Counted from the first letter of the stretch, positions 28,368-39,840 are shown. The stretch is DNA of 64,000 bases from an uncultured delta proteobacterium (GCA_963840855.1 CAWJBB010000041.1:269538-333537); one strand, 5' to 3'. Made by a program: numbers and translations. Notes: generated by a model from the sequence alone, not told the origin.

Positions 28368-31300
28368 ATGACACAGATTCGCGATCTATTCGACTCTACC
28401 CGGGCGCTAACTCGACCCATCGAGAAGGTTATTACTTATCAGAATCGGGCAGAGGCGCAGCTGCGGGCCGAAATCTCCGAATACGTTGTCACCGAACATA
28501 TCGATGAGAGCTTTTCCGATCTTTTGAAAAAGATGGATCTAGCTTTGCAGGGCGGCGGTGGACACGAGATCGGCGTCTGGGTCTCCGGCTTCTACGGCTC
28601 AGGTAAAAGTTCCTTCACGAAATATCTCGGCTTCGCTCTCGACCGCGGCATGAAAGTCGGCGGTGATTCATTCCTCCAGTTGCTTCAGAACCAGCTGAAG
28701 ACGGCTTCCACTCGTGCTCTCTTCAACCGAGTGTCAACGACTTATGATGCCACGATCATTCTTCTCGATCTGGCGAGCGAGATGCTTGCTGGAGCTTCGA
28801 TGGAAGACATCTCGACAGTTTTATACTTGAAGGTTTTGCAGTGGGCCGGGTACTCCGAAGATCTTAAGGTCGCCGAGCTAGAGCGAATGCTGGAAATGGA
28901 TGAGCGGCTAGGTGCCTTTGAGGCGCGGGCCAAAGAAGAACTGGAAGGCATCGAATGGGCTGAGGTGCGCAATCAGCCTCTTGTGGCGAACCAGATCGCC
29001 TCTCGTCTAGCAAGCGAGTTCTATCCCAAGCTTTTCCCAAAGGCGGAGGATTTTCAGAATCTTACACTCCACGTAAATAAAACCGAGTCGAAACGCACAG
29101 AAGAGATGATCGAGCTGGTGCGCCGCAAGTCGGGCAAGAAGAATATCTTTTTCATCGTCGACGAAGTGGGCCAGTATGTTTCAGCCAAGCCCAACCTCAT
29201 CCTCAATCTCGATGGTCTTGCGAAGAATCTCAAACAGATCGGCAACGGTAGTGTGTGGTTGTTCGCCACCGCTCAACAAACTCTTACCGAAGACAATCCT
29301 TCGGCGCTACTCAATGCGGCAGGTCTATTCAAGCTCAAGGATCGCTTCCCCATCCAGCTCCATCTGGAGGCCAGCGACATAAAAGAGATCTGCCACAAGC
29401 GACTTCTGACCAAGTCTGCTGCCGGCGAGCAGGAGTTGGGCCGCCTCTTCGACTCACAGGGAGCGCCGCTCCGCACGGCAACCCAGCTTAAAGACGGTGG
29501 AGTCTATGAGGCGGAACTGAATAAGAGAACCTTCATCGATCTTTACCCGTTTTTACCGGCTCATTTTGAGATGTTGCTCCATCTCCTCGGTAGGCTCGCC
29601 CGCAAGACCGGCGGGCTCGGGCTTCGTTCGGCGATAAAAGTTCTTCAAGATGTGTTGGTTGAGCGCGGTGGTCGAAGCGGCGCAAACGCGACTCTGGCGG
29701 ATGCTGAGGTCGGTACACTGGCGAACACCGTCACGTTTTATGATTCGTTACGGCGAGATATTCAAAGCAGCTATGGTTACATCATCGATGGCGTCCAAAG
29801 TGTCGCTAGCCGTTTTCCGAATCAACCGCTTTACCAGGATGTCGCCAAGTCTATCGCGGTCCTGCAGATTCTCGAAAATCTCCCAGTGACGGCACATAAC
29901 ATCGCCGCCCTCCTGCAACCGAAGGTTGCCGCAGTATCGCTGAAGGACGATGTCGAAAAAGCTATCGACGCCATGCTGAAGGACGGCATGATACCTTTGG
30001 GAGAAAAGAACGGGAGTCTACGGTTTCTCACCCAGGCGGCAATCACCCTGCAAAAGCAATTCGACAGTATCGACTATCGTCAAGCCGACGTACGAGCGGC
30101 TCTCAACGGAGTTCTTCGCACTGTTTTTAAACCTCTTCCTTCTGCTCGCTTGAGTGGCGTGCGTCCAGTTACAGCTGGGCTCAAGGTTGTTACCAGCGGT
30201 GGGCAATCGGTATCTCTTGAGGGAGAAAAGGAAGCAATTCAGATTCACGTCGAGTTCGTACCCTCCGGCAACTACGAATCTGCCCGCACAGAACGTGAAA
30301 ACGATAGCCGCTCCAAGCATGAGCGAGCGAATATTTATCTACTTGGACGAACAGATCCGGAAGCGGAACAGCTCGGTATAACGATTGTTCGTTGCGGTAA
30401 ATTTCTCGATCAATACCGCACTGCTTCTGATCCGGAAACTCAAGAGTTTGTGCGCATTGTGGACGAACGGCTAAATGATCGCGTCACGCCAGAGCTAGAA
30501 CGTAAACTTCAAGCGGCTTTACTGGCGGGTTCATTTGTAGCTCACGGCGCACATAAACCGGTGTCCGAGTGCGGCGTCGATGTGCTTGATGCCGCTAAAA
30601 CATTTTTGACCGAAGCCGCCGCGCGAGTCTTCGACCGATATAACGAGGCACCGCACCAGGCCGACTCCGGGTTGGCGGAAAAGTTCCTCAAGACTCCGCT
30701 TGATCGGGTCACAACTAACGAGGACCCGCTCGGGCTTGTGAGTCGAGCCGGCGGCCGCGCGCAGATCAAGGCCGATCATAAGGCATTTGTTTCAATCAAG
30801 GATTACCTTGGTCAGCAAGGAAGTGTCGAAGGACGGCGGTTGCTTGAATACTTTGCTGATCCACCGTTCGGTTGGTCCAAGGATACTACTCGCTATCTGC
30901 TCGCTGCCGCATTTCTTGGCACGGATATTAAACTTCGCATTGCAGGTGCAGATCACGTCGTAAGGAACGACGAAACGCTAGCGGCCTTTGCATCTAATAG
31001 AGCTATAAGTTCGGTGGGTATAGGCCTACGGCAGGAGCGACCCGACCCCGAGGCGCTGGTCCGCGCCAGCGATCGCCTGCGTAACTTAAGCGGTGACAGT
31101 ATTCTTCCCCTCGAAGATGAAATCGCCACGGCTGCGAAGAAGCACTTTCCTGAATATCAGGCTATGTTCGGACCGCTAGCGATGGAACTGGGTTCCTTAG
31201 GGCTGGATGCCGCGGATCAGATAGAACGTGCTGAGAATCTCGTAAACGATTTGACCGAAGTCGTACGAGGCGACGGCTCCGACGCGGTAAAGCGTCTCGG

Positions 31301-32012
31301 AGGCATCGATAGTCCTCTCTATGACTCGCTCGTCTGGGCACGCAAGCTTAAGAAAGCACTGGACAATGGCTTGCGCACGACGCTCAAGCATCTTCAGCGG
31401 GTTCGGCAGGAGATTGAGGACCTTCCCGACTCCGGTATACCGGGGAAACTCAAATCATCGGCCGCCGAAAACCTTGCTTCCGTGGCGGACACTCTTGGGC
31501 GACAGTCTTTTTTCGAGGAAGCTGCCTCTCTTGGAACCGTATCCAATGAACTCGACAAGCTTATTGCAGCCGCAGCGGTCGATCTTGTTCGACAGCAGAA
31601 GATGGTGGCCGATGAGGAACTCACGCGCTGGCAATCTTCCACGGATTGGACTGACTTGGCTGACGACGACCGCGCATGGTTTAGCAGCGAGGTCGCTAAG
31701 CTTTCGATCGAAGCTGATGGAACTTTCGATGGGCTAAAGAAAATCGTTCGAAATGATTTTTCACTGAATAGCCGCTTGCGGGATTTGGCCGACAATGTGG
31801 TTAAGAAGGCAGCGGAGAACCGCGCCGCAAAGGCCAAAGTGACCGAGCCAAACGGCGGCCCGAAAGTGGAGATCTCCGAATCCGAACTCGTGGTACCCAA
31901 AGTCTTTAAATCCGCTAACCAGATAGACTTGTTAATTGGCGAGCTTACCAAACTGCGGGCACGAATCTCGTCGGCGGTATCTGTTCGGATCAAGTGGAAG
32001 GAAATCGACTGA
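28368..32012 (+). CDS. brxC: BREX P-loop ATPase BrxC (1214 aa)
   Basis: RPIEKVI, EYVVTE, GVWVSGFYGSGKSSFTK, FIVDEVGQY, DRFP, YPFLP, PPFGWS; RBS gaaggag. Confidence 0.92.
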   Translation: MTQIRDLFDSTRALTRPIEKVITYQNRAEAQLRAEISEYVVTEHIDESFSDLLKKMDLALQGGGGHEIGVWVSGFYGSGKSSFTKYLGFALDRGMKVGGDSFLQLLQNQLKTASTRALFNRVSTTYDATIILLDLASEMLAGASMEDISTVLYLKVLQWAGYSEDLKVAELERMLEMDERLGAFEARAKEELEGIEWAEVRNQPLVANQIASRLASEFYPKLFPKAEDFQNLTLHVNKTESKRTEEMIELVRRKSGKKNIFFIVDEVGQYVSAKPNLILNLDGLAKNLKQIGNGSVWLFATAQQTLTEDNPSALLNAAGLFKLKDRFPIQLHLEASDIKEICHKRLLTKSAAGEQELGRLFDSQGAPLRTATQLKDGGVYEAELNKRTFIDLYPFLPAHFEMLLHLLGRLARKTGGLGLRSAIKVLQDVLVERGGRSGANATLADAEVGTLANTVTFYDSLRRDIQSSYGYIIDGVQSVASRFPNQPLYQDVAKSIAVLQILENLPVTAHNIAALLQPKVAAVSLKDDVEKAIDAMLKDGMIPLGEKNGSLRFLTQAAITLQKQFDSIDYRQADVRAALNGVLRTVFKPLPSARLSGVRPVTAGLKVVTSGGQSVSLEGEKEAIQIHVEFVPSGNYESARTERENDSRSKHERANIYLLGRTDPEAEQLGITIVRCGKFLDQYRTASDPETQEFVRIVDERLNDRVTPELERKLQAALLAGSFVAHGAHKPVSECGVDVLDAAKTFLTEAAARVFDRYNEAPHQADSGLAEKFLKTPLDRVTTNEDPLGLVSRAGGRAQIKADHKAFVSIKDYLGQQGSVEGRRLLEYFADPPFGWSKDTTRYLLAAAFLGTDIKLRIAGADHVVRNDETLAAFASNRAISSVGIGLRQERPDPEALVRASDRLRNLSGDSILPLEDEIATAAKKHFPEYQAMFGPLAMELGSLGLDAADQIERAENLVNDLTEVVRGDGSDAVKRLGGIDSPLYDSLVWARKLKKALDNGLRTTLKHLQRVRQEIEDLPDSGIPGKLKSSAAENLASVADTLGRQSFFEEAASLGTVSNELDKLIAAAAVDLVRQQKMVADEELTRWQSSTDWTDLADDDRAWFSSEVAKLSIEADGTFDGLKKIVRNDFSLNSRLRDLADNVVKKAAENRAAKAKVTEPNGGPKVEISESELVVPKVFKSANQIDLLIGELTKLRARISSAVSVRIKWKEID

Positions 32013-34846
32013 AGCATGGCCTTCGATAAACCCACACGCAACCGGCTGGCTTCGTTCGTCAGCGAGGCGCGTAATCTCATTGCCGATGAGTTTACGCAGC
32101 AGTTCCAGAGCATCTATGGAATCTCCGAAAAAGGCGAGGTCACGGCGCTTGAACACCTCGGCCACCTGGATGATGCCGGGCTGAGCACAGCTACGCTGCT
32201 GCGGGAGCGTATCGAATATCTCGTAAGAACTCATCCCGGCGAAAAAGACGGTGCGAAAGCCGCCGTGGATCGCCTCGCCCGCGAGCAGGCGTTCACCGTT
32301 CTGAACCGTCTCGCCGCCCTTCGGATGGCAGAGAAACGCGATCTCATCGTGGAGTCGGTCGGCAAGGGTTATCAGTCGAAAGGGTTTCAAGGTTTTCGAG
32401 CAGGTGGTTGGCTCCGGGCTTGGCGAAACCTATCAGCGTTACCGCCGTTACCTCTTTTGTCTTTTCGATGAGCTGGCCGTGGATCTCGGTTTGCTATTCG
32501 ATCGCAGCTCACCGCAAGGTTTACTCTTCCCCCGCGAGCCGGCGTTGCAGGAGTTGCTGACGTTACTCAATGCTCCCGATCTGGATACGCTCTGGGCCGA
32601 AGACGAAACTATCGGCTGGATTTACCAATATTACAACGACCCGGCAGAACGAAAAAAGATGCGGGAAGCCGGCGCCCCGCGCAACAGCCGCGAACTGGCC
32701 GTCCGCAACCAGTTCTTCACACCGCGCTACGTCGTCGAATTCCTTACCGACAACACGGTGGGCCGCATCTGGTATGAAATGACGCAAGGCGAAACCAAGC
32801 TGAAGGAACAGTGCCGTTACCTTGTCCGGCGTCCTATCGAGATTTTTCTGACCAACAAGTACCTCGGACTTCAGGAGCCCGCCACCGTTGACAAGTCGCT
32901 TACCCAAGCACTTGCGGGTAACTGGAACGACTTGCCGGTTAAACCGACGGCCGAGGAGTTGGCAATCATCGCAACCGCCATCGATCCGCGCTGCGCATCA
33001 CGAATCTGGGGCGACCGCAAGGGCGACGGCTTCCTTAGGTCCATCGAAGAACGTCGCCTTCCGAATGGCGGGCGGTATCAAGGAGAAACCCACGAACTGT
33101 GGGCGGGACTTTTTGCTGTGTGGGCGTTATGGGCGCCCCAAATGCATGTCGATGCATGGGCGATCTACGAGGCACTACGTGAGCGGCTTGTGTCAACACC
33201 TGCGGATATCCCCCAGGAAGCCCTGCTCAAGCGGCCCGTCTTTATCCCTCACCGTCAGATTAAGGACCCGCGGGCAATTCGGATGCTCGACCCGGCTTGC
33301 GGCTCGATGCACTTCGGGCTCTATGCCTTCGATCTCTATGAAGTGATTTACGAGGAAGCGTGGGATCTGGGAGTCGAATCGCTCCGTCGTGATTTTTCGG
33401 ACAAGGAAATTTTGCTCTGCGAGCTTCCACGTCTGATCATTGAACACAACATCCATGGGATCGACATAGACCCACGTTGCGCCCAGATTGCCGGGCTTTC
33501 GCTGTGGCTCCGTGCACAAAAGAGCTGGCAGTCGCAAAAGGTCGACTCCCGTTCAGCGCCCGCGCATTCTTCGATCGAACATCGTGTGCGCCGAGTCTAT
33601 GCCGGGTGACAAGGCCATGCTCCATGAGTTCGTGCAGAATCAATTCAGTGCGAGTGAGCAACCAGTTTTTGCGCGTCTTCTCGAAACAATCTTTGACAAG
33701 ATGCAACTCGCCGGTGAAACCGGATCGCTGCTCAAGATTGAAGAAGAGATCCGATCCGCCGTAGAAGAGGCTCGCAAACTTTGGGAAAGTGTCCAAACGA
33801 AGCCTCGTGAGTTGTTTAATACCGAGGAGATCAATCGAACGCTTCGCCCGGGCGTGCCGCAAAAACTTTCCGGTCTAGAACGAGCGGTATCTAAAGTGGC
33901 TAAAGAGTTTTGGGACACGGCTGAGGATCGGATTTACGCCGCGCTGCACGACTACGCCGAGCAGGCCGAAAACGGCGGTGGCTTTCAGCGCCGGCTCTTT
34001 GCCGAAGACGCGGCCCGGGGCTTTGCTTTCATTGACCTCTGCCGCAAACACTACGACGTGGCGCTGATGAATCCGCCGTTTGGGACTAGTGCGGTTACTT
34101 CAAAGGACTACATCGACTCCTCTTACGAGAACTGGCGCTATGACTTGTATCCGTGCTTCATTTCCCGGACCACCGAATTGTTAATCAAAGCAGGAAGGGT
34201 TGGCTACCTAGCGCCGCGAACTGGATATTTCTCACAACGGATGTGGCGGTGGCGGAAAGAAGTCTTGCTCTCAAAGGGCGGTCTGCTCTTGCTAGCGGAC
34301 TTGGGGCATGGTGTTCTGGATGATGCGCTTGTGGAAGTCGCGTCAGGTGTGATCGAGTCTCAGAGCGCCTCAAACGAACTCCTTTGTGTCGATTGCTTAG
34401 GCCTGCCTGCTGATGAGAAAGGTGTTAGGCTTTTGGATTCAATAAAGCAGTCGGCGGACGGTCGAGGTATTCTCAAATCACAAATAAGCCTGAGTCAGCA
34501 CAAAGACTTCTTGTCATTGCCAGGAACAAAACTCCTACTTGGATCTCCCCGCACGCTCCTCAATCAATTTTCTTTAGGCGTGCCGCTCGATCCTGGAATA
34601 GCAGACGTACGGGAAGGGCCGCACACTGCAGACAACGAAAGGTTTGTGAGACTTTGGTGGGAAATTCCAATACTCGAAGACGCTAGAACCAGCTTGACCG
34701 ATTTCACGGAACGTACCCACCCAATTTCAACGAAGGGACCCACCTGATTTCAAGGAAGGGACCCACCCAATTTCAGGTGGTCCCCTTCGTTTCTGAGCGA
34801 GCCGACGAACGATGCTACCTTGGCCAACTGGAGGAGGATCCAGTTA

Positions 34847-36364
34847 ATGGCCAAAGAAAGGACCAGCGTTCGTATGCGAGCTCAAATCAAAACCCTGTCC
34901 GAACAGGGGCACTCCGTTCGCCGTATTGCCCGGATACTTCGGCTTTCGCGCAGGACGGTGCGGAAGTTTTTGGAGCCCACCGCAGAGCCGCCCAGTGAGA
35001 GCGGTGGTTGGGTTGAGACGGTTGACTGGGAGTATGTCCGCCAGGAAGTCTATGGCAAAGGGACCACGGTCAAGCAGATCCAGCGGGAGGTGGCCCCCGA
35101 GACAGGGTATGTAAAGTTTTGGCGTCAGTTTCGGGAAAAGGTTAGTGTGCAAGCCTCACCCGATCAAGTGACTATCCGGCTTCATCACAAGCCTGCGGAA
35201 AAAACCCAGATCGATTTTTCAGACGGTCTGTTTATCACCGAGCGAGGGACGGGAAACAAGACACTGACCCAGTTTTTCTTAGGGGTTCTGCCCTTCAGCT
35301 CGTATACCTTCGGGGAATTCGTTCTAGATCAGAAGCTTTCCACCTTCATCGGGGTCCAGCAGCGCATGTTCGCCTACTTTGGTGGGATAACCCCCTACGT
35401 AGTGGTGGACAATCTCAAGAGCGGTGTCCACAAGGCCGATCTGTACGACCCCGATGTAAATCCCACCTACTGTGATTTTGCCAATCACATGGGCTTTGCG
35501 GTACTGCCGGCCAGACCCTACAAGGCCCGGGACAAGGGCTCTGGGGAATGCCACATCGGAGTGATCCAAAGAGGGTTTTTCCAGGAGGTCCGTAACCGGG
35601 TCTTCTATTCTCTCCAAGATCTCAATGAAACCCTCAGGGAATATCTTCATCGGTTGAACCGCGAGGTGATGAAAGACTACGGGGTGAGCCGCAACCAGCG
35701 CTTCGAGCAAGAGAAAAAGCAATTAAAGGCCCTGCCACCCTCTCCCTTCGAGTTAAGCGAGTGGCGCCAGGCTAAAGTCCATCCCGACTGCCATATCCAA
35801 GTGGAGAAAAACTTCTACTCGGTCCCCTTTGTCTACGTCAGCCAAAGGGTCCGGGTCAGGCTCACCGAGAAAATTGTGGAAGTGTTTAGTGAGGACAGCC
35901 AGCCCCTTACCGCTCACACCAGACTGATGGGGATCGGACAGTTCTCCACCTATGATTTCCATTATCCCGAAGCCAAGCTGAGCGTGGCGCGCTTTGAAGT
36001 CCGTCACGCTCAAGAACAGGCCAAAAAGCTTGGCCCCCATGTCGAGAAGTTACTCGATGATCTGCTCTCAGGCCAACATCCATTGCGCCATCTAAGACGG
36101 GTCCAAGGAATCTTGCGGCTTGCCAAACGCTATCCCATCACGGCTGAAGCTTTGGACCATGCATGCCAGCGGGCGATTGTCTTCAACAAGACACGGCTCG
36201 CCTACATCAAAGACTGCGCCCTTTACTTTGTTAGCCACGGCCAAAGACCCACGCTTCTTCCCCCGCAGAGAAAGCTGGATACCGTGCATCTACACCAATA
36301 CGCTGCCAACTCGGGCTCAGATTCTGAACTGTCGCTGCCGTCGGTGGAGGAGGAACTGCTATGA
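34847..36364 (+). CDS. istA: IS21 transposase IstA (DDE)
   Basis: N-terminal HTH, QIDF, VDNLKSGV, RPYKARDKGSGE, KVHPDCHI, YSVP; RBS gaggagg. Confidence 0.93.
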   Translation: MAKERTSVRMRAQIKTLSEQGHSVRRIARILRLSRRTVRKFLEPTAEPPSESGGWVETVDWEYVRQEVYGKGTTVKQIQREVAPETGYVKFWRQFREKVSVQASPDQVTIRLHHKPAEKTQIDFSDGLFITERGTGNKTLTQFFLGVLPFSSYTFGEFVLDQKLSTFIGVQQRMFAYFGGITPYVVVDNLKSGVHKADLYDPDVNPTYCDFANHMGFAVLPARPYKARDKGSGECHIGVIQRGFFQEVRNRVFYSLQDLNETLREYLHRLNREVMKDYGVSRNQRFEQEKKQLKALPPSPFELSEWRQAKVHPDCHIQVEKNFYSVPFVYVSQRVRVRLTEKIVEVFSEDSQPLTAHTRLMGIGQFSTYDFHYPEAKLSVARFEVRHAQEQAKKLGPHVEKLLDDLLSGQHPLRHLRRVQGILRLAKRYPITAEALDHACQRAIVFNKTRLAYIKDCALYFVSHGQRPTLLPPQRKLDTVHLHQYAANSGSDSELSLPSVEEELL

Positions 36365-36523
36365 GCACGAGCTTAAAATCCAGCCCCAACCTGATTTTTT
36401 ACCTCCCAGAGCAGGGAGCAGAGAAAAACGACCTCCACAGAGGCCCTATAAACGACGATCTCGCTTTGACCCATACCTTGGGTACCCCCCAAAACAGCCG
36501 TTTCACCAGGAGGTCTCCCCGCC

Positions 36524-37279
36524 ATGATGCTTGATCAAGTCAGAAACCTTTCCCACCAGATGCGCCTGTTTGGCATCCATGAAGCCTGCGAACGGCAAGC
36601 CCAGATCGCTTTGTCCCAGCAGCTCCATCCCCTGGAGTTTTTACGCTTGCTGCTCGAAGATGAACTGTTGTCGCGCAAAGACCGAACCGCCAAGGCGCTG
36701 GTGACCAAGGCCCGCTTTCGGTTCCGCGCCGATCTGGAAGACTTAGATTTAGCGTTCCACAAGGATCTGACCAAAGCCAAGATCAAAGAACTCTGCGAGC
36801 TCGGCTTCCTCCATAACCTGGAGAATCTTTTGATTTTAGGTAAAACCGGTTTGGGAAAGACTCATCTAGCGATAGCCTTGGGAAAACGGCTGTGCCAGGA
36901 AGGTCATCCCACGCAATTCTTGCCAGTCAACTTCCTGTTCGAGGAAATCCAAGCTGCCAGGGCCGCCGGCCGTTACCTCAACTACATCCGTAGTCTCATC
37001 AAGGCCAAGGTTTTGATCCTCGATGACCTGGGGTTAAGAAACTATACCCACGAGGAAGCCACTTCCCTGATGGACATCCTCGAAGAGCGCTACCGCAAGG
37101 CTCCCCTCATCGTTACTTCCCAGGTTGAGCCTCAGGGATGGCTCAAACTGTTTGAAGATCCGGTGATCGCCGAGGCCATCGTGGATCGGCTGATTCATCC
37201 ATCTCAGAAAATCACCTTGAAAGGAGAGAAGTCCTATAGAGAAAAACTCACAGAGAAAAAATCAGGATTGAAAAACTAG
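36524..37279 (+). CDS. istB: IS21 helper ATPase IstB
   Basis: GKTGLGKTHLA, LILDDLG, ILEERY, AEAIVDRL. Confidence 0.93.
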   Translation: MMLDQVRNLSHQMRLFGIHEACERQAQIALSQQLHPLEFLRLLLEDELLSRKDRTAKALVTKARFRFRADLEDLDLAFHKDLTKAKIKELCELGFLHNLENLLILGKTGLGKTHLAIALGKRLCQEGHPTQFLPVNFLFEEIQAARAAGRYLNYIRSLIKAKVLILDDLGLRNYTHEEATSLMDILEERYRKAPLIVTSQVEPQGWLKLFEDPVIAEAIVDRLIHPSQKITLKGEKSYREKLTEKKSGLKN

Positions 37280-39267
37280 GGAGGCTTATTGTAGACAGTC
37301 AAGATAACTTCGTCGCTTCGCTCCGCTGAATTGGGTGGTCCCCTTCGTTGAAATCGGGTGGGTCCCTTCAGTGAAATCGAACACCAGCTGGCCTTTCTAC
37401 GCCAAGGGCGGCGATTACGCTCCGTATTCGGCGAATCCTCATTTGGTGCTTGACTGGCGAAATGCCGGAGAAGACATGGCCCTTGGTAAGCATAGTGTGT
37501 TACCTAGTCAGGATTTCTATTTCCGATCAGGTCTCACGTACACAGAGCGCACAGCGAGTGTTTTCAACATCAGGGTGCTTCCCGCAGGATGCATCTTTTC
37601 TCAGGCCGGACCGCTTGTGTGGCCGAAGCGGCCTGAAGACGCATTGCCCCTCTTGGGCTATTTGATGTCACTTCCAGCTCGGTCACTGCTTGAGTTGCTC
37701 GTGGGCAGCGGGGACGGGGCGGTGTCCGGCAGTGCAGCGAGACATTTCTTGGCCGGAACCGTTAGCTCTATTCCTGTTCCGAGCTTCCCGGTTAGTGTGT
37801 GGCGACGCATTGGTGAACTCACCAGGCATTGCGTCGAGGAATCACATTTTCTCCATAGCCAGATGGAGACCGATATTCACTTTGTCAGTTCGGCGCAATT
37901 CAGCGCCTTGCTGGAAGGGGTAGAGGCTTCCAAAAAAGCTTATCTCAATCGAGTGAAGAACATTTTAGAAGCGTCTTGGAATATTCAACAACTCGTTTGC
38001 GCCCAAATGGGCATCACGGACGACGACTTAGCGCGCTGTAATTGTCTAGTTTCTCTGCATCCCTGCTCTTTTGCACATGGCGACGTTCCAGCTGCTGAAC
38101 TCGTGCCGTTTGAATCCCTTTCGGAAGACGAAGTTGTAGACAAAGCTGCAGGAGTGGTTGAGGGCAGGGCTGCGACAAAGCAAGCTTTTCAAGCAGATCG
38201 TCGATTGGAGCTTGCTTGCCTGATTTATAAGTCGCATCCGGATAGTATTATCAGGAGTTGGCCGCCCGCTGCGCGCCAAAGAGTCTCGGAAGTGGCGAGC
38301 GACGTTGTTTCACTTGCGCTTGGTTGTGCTTTTGGCCGCTGGGACATCCGGTATGCGACTGGCGGGAAGCCTACGCCGGAGTTGCCCGACCCGTTTGCGT
38401 CGTTGCCTGTCTGTCCGCCCGGCATGTTGCAGAATGCGCAGGGTTTGCCCTCCCGCCCCGAGGATGTGCCTGCCGCGTATCCCCTCCGCATACCGTGGCA
38501 CGGCATTTTAGTGGATGACCTGAATTACCCGCTGGACATCGAGCGTCGTGTCCGCGACGCCATTGAAATCATCTGGAAGGATCGGGCCGAGGGAATCGAA
38601 CACGAAGCGTGCGAGATCCTCGGCGTGAAGTCGTTGCGCGACTACTTCCGAAAGCCAGCCTGTTTCTTCGCCGACCACCTGAAGCGCTATTCCAAGAGCC
38701 GGCGCCAAGCGCCCATCTATTGGCCGCTTTCCACCGCCTCCGGCAGCTACACAATGTGGATCTATTACCAGCGACTTACCGAAAACAGCTTGCACACAGC
38801 ATTGGCCGATTTCATCGACCCCAAACTTAAATCCTTGCGCGAAGAAATTTCGTTTCTGCGAAATAGCGGTAATCAAGAAATGCGCCTGGAGGAACTCGCG
38901 GATTTGCAACAAGAGCTGCAAGAGTTCCGCGTCGAGATTGAGCGCATCATCAAACTTCCCTGGAAGCCGTATCTCAATGACGGAGTGCTTATCACCGCGA
39001 GTCCATTATGGAAACTCTTCCGCTTGCCGAAGTGGCAGAAAGACCTCAAAGCTTGTTGGGAAGAACTTTCGAAAGGGGAATACGATTGGGCGCATCTCGC
39101 CTACACGATTTGGCCGGCGCGAGTCGAGGAAGTTTGCAAAACCGATCGGTCGGTCGCCATAGCCCATGGTCTGGAACATCTCTGTAAAATCGAAGCGTCA
39201 AAGGCAAAAACGAAACGAGGCACGAAGAAAGGTGCCGATCAAGAGTCCTTTGGGGCTGAGGGGGAAT

Positions 39268-39840
39268 ATGCCAAGTAGTCAGGTACGCAGTACGCTTCAG
39301 CTCTACCATCTGGAGCCGTATCTTTTCGAAACGGTCGGTCCGCACTTTCGCAGAGTGGGCCACCTTTCCGCCTTTGACTTTTTTTGTATCGTAATCTGGA
39401 AAGCGAACCGGGCGAAATCAAGGATTGCCAAGCGGTTGCTGGATAAGGATCAGAAAAAGCGCAAAACGCTTGAACCAATCGTTGCTGACCTCACAATGTC
39501 ACTACATTCCGCCGGTGGCGCCAAAGATCGCCTTCGAATTCTTTTCGAGTTATGGGGTTTCAGGCTCCCGATGGCTAGTGCAATTCTCACTGTACTCTAT
39601 CCTAAAGAGTTCAGTGTTTACGATTTTCGGGTTTACTCCCAGCTTACTCTTCATGAGAAATTGGAGTCTAAAATAAACTTCGAGAAGGTCTGGAACGGCT
39701 ATAGAGATTTTGTGGAAGCTGTTCGCAAAGCTGTGCCGAATGGCATGTCGCTCCGAGATAAGGATCGATTTCTTTGGGGGCGATCTTTCCATGATGATCT
39801 GAAGTCTGATATCGCAAATTGTTTCGCCAAAATAGAATAG
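39268..39840 (+). CDS. HhH-type DNA glycosylase-like protein inserted between pglX and pglZ
   Basis: IVIWKANR and LFELWGFRLPMASAILTVLYPKEFSVYDFRV resemble the HhH-GPD motif; ATG overlaps the pglX stop. Confidence 0.6.
   Translation: MPSSQVRSTLQLYHLEPYLFETVGPHFRRVGHLSAFDFFCIVIWKANRAKSRIAKRLLDKDQKKRKTLEPIVADLTMSLHSAGGAKDRLRILFELWGFRLPMASAILTVLYPKEFSVYDFRVYSQLTLHEKLESKINFEKVWNGYRDFVEAVRKAVPNGMSLRDKDRFLWGRSFHDDLKSDIANCFAKIE

Larger units (their letters stand above)
34695..37383 (+). mobile_element. IS21-family insertion sequence (2689 bp) with 6-bp target duplication CCAGCT
   Basis: TG...CA ends (tgaccgatttcac / gtgaaatcgaaca); multiple subterminal atttcaa.gaagggacccacc repeats; DR at 34689-34694 and 37384-37389. 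Confidence 0.93.
32016..39278 (+). pseudogene. pglX: BREX adenine methyltransferase PglX/BrxX, interrupted by IS21 (34695-37383) plus two +1 frameshifts (~32388, ~33548)
   Basis: EQAFTVLNRL, DETIGWIYQY, QFFTPRYVV, LDPACGSMHF, MNPPF, KGG.Y, RQAPIYWPLS, LNDGV, YDWAHLA; removing the IS, one DR and 2 nt gives 1521 aa. Confidence 0.9.

Noticed and set aside
32380-33555. Programmed slippage or phase-variable tracts in pglX
   Set aside because: No long homopolymer or SSR at either shift; the same +1 pattern occurs in unrelated genes
34700-34790. CRISPR-like short direct repeats
   Set aside because: They are contiguous ~23-bp IS21 subterminal repeats with no spacers, mirrored at the right end; no cas genes
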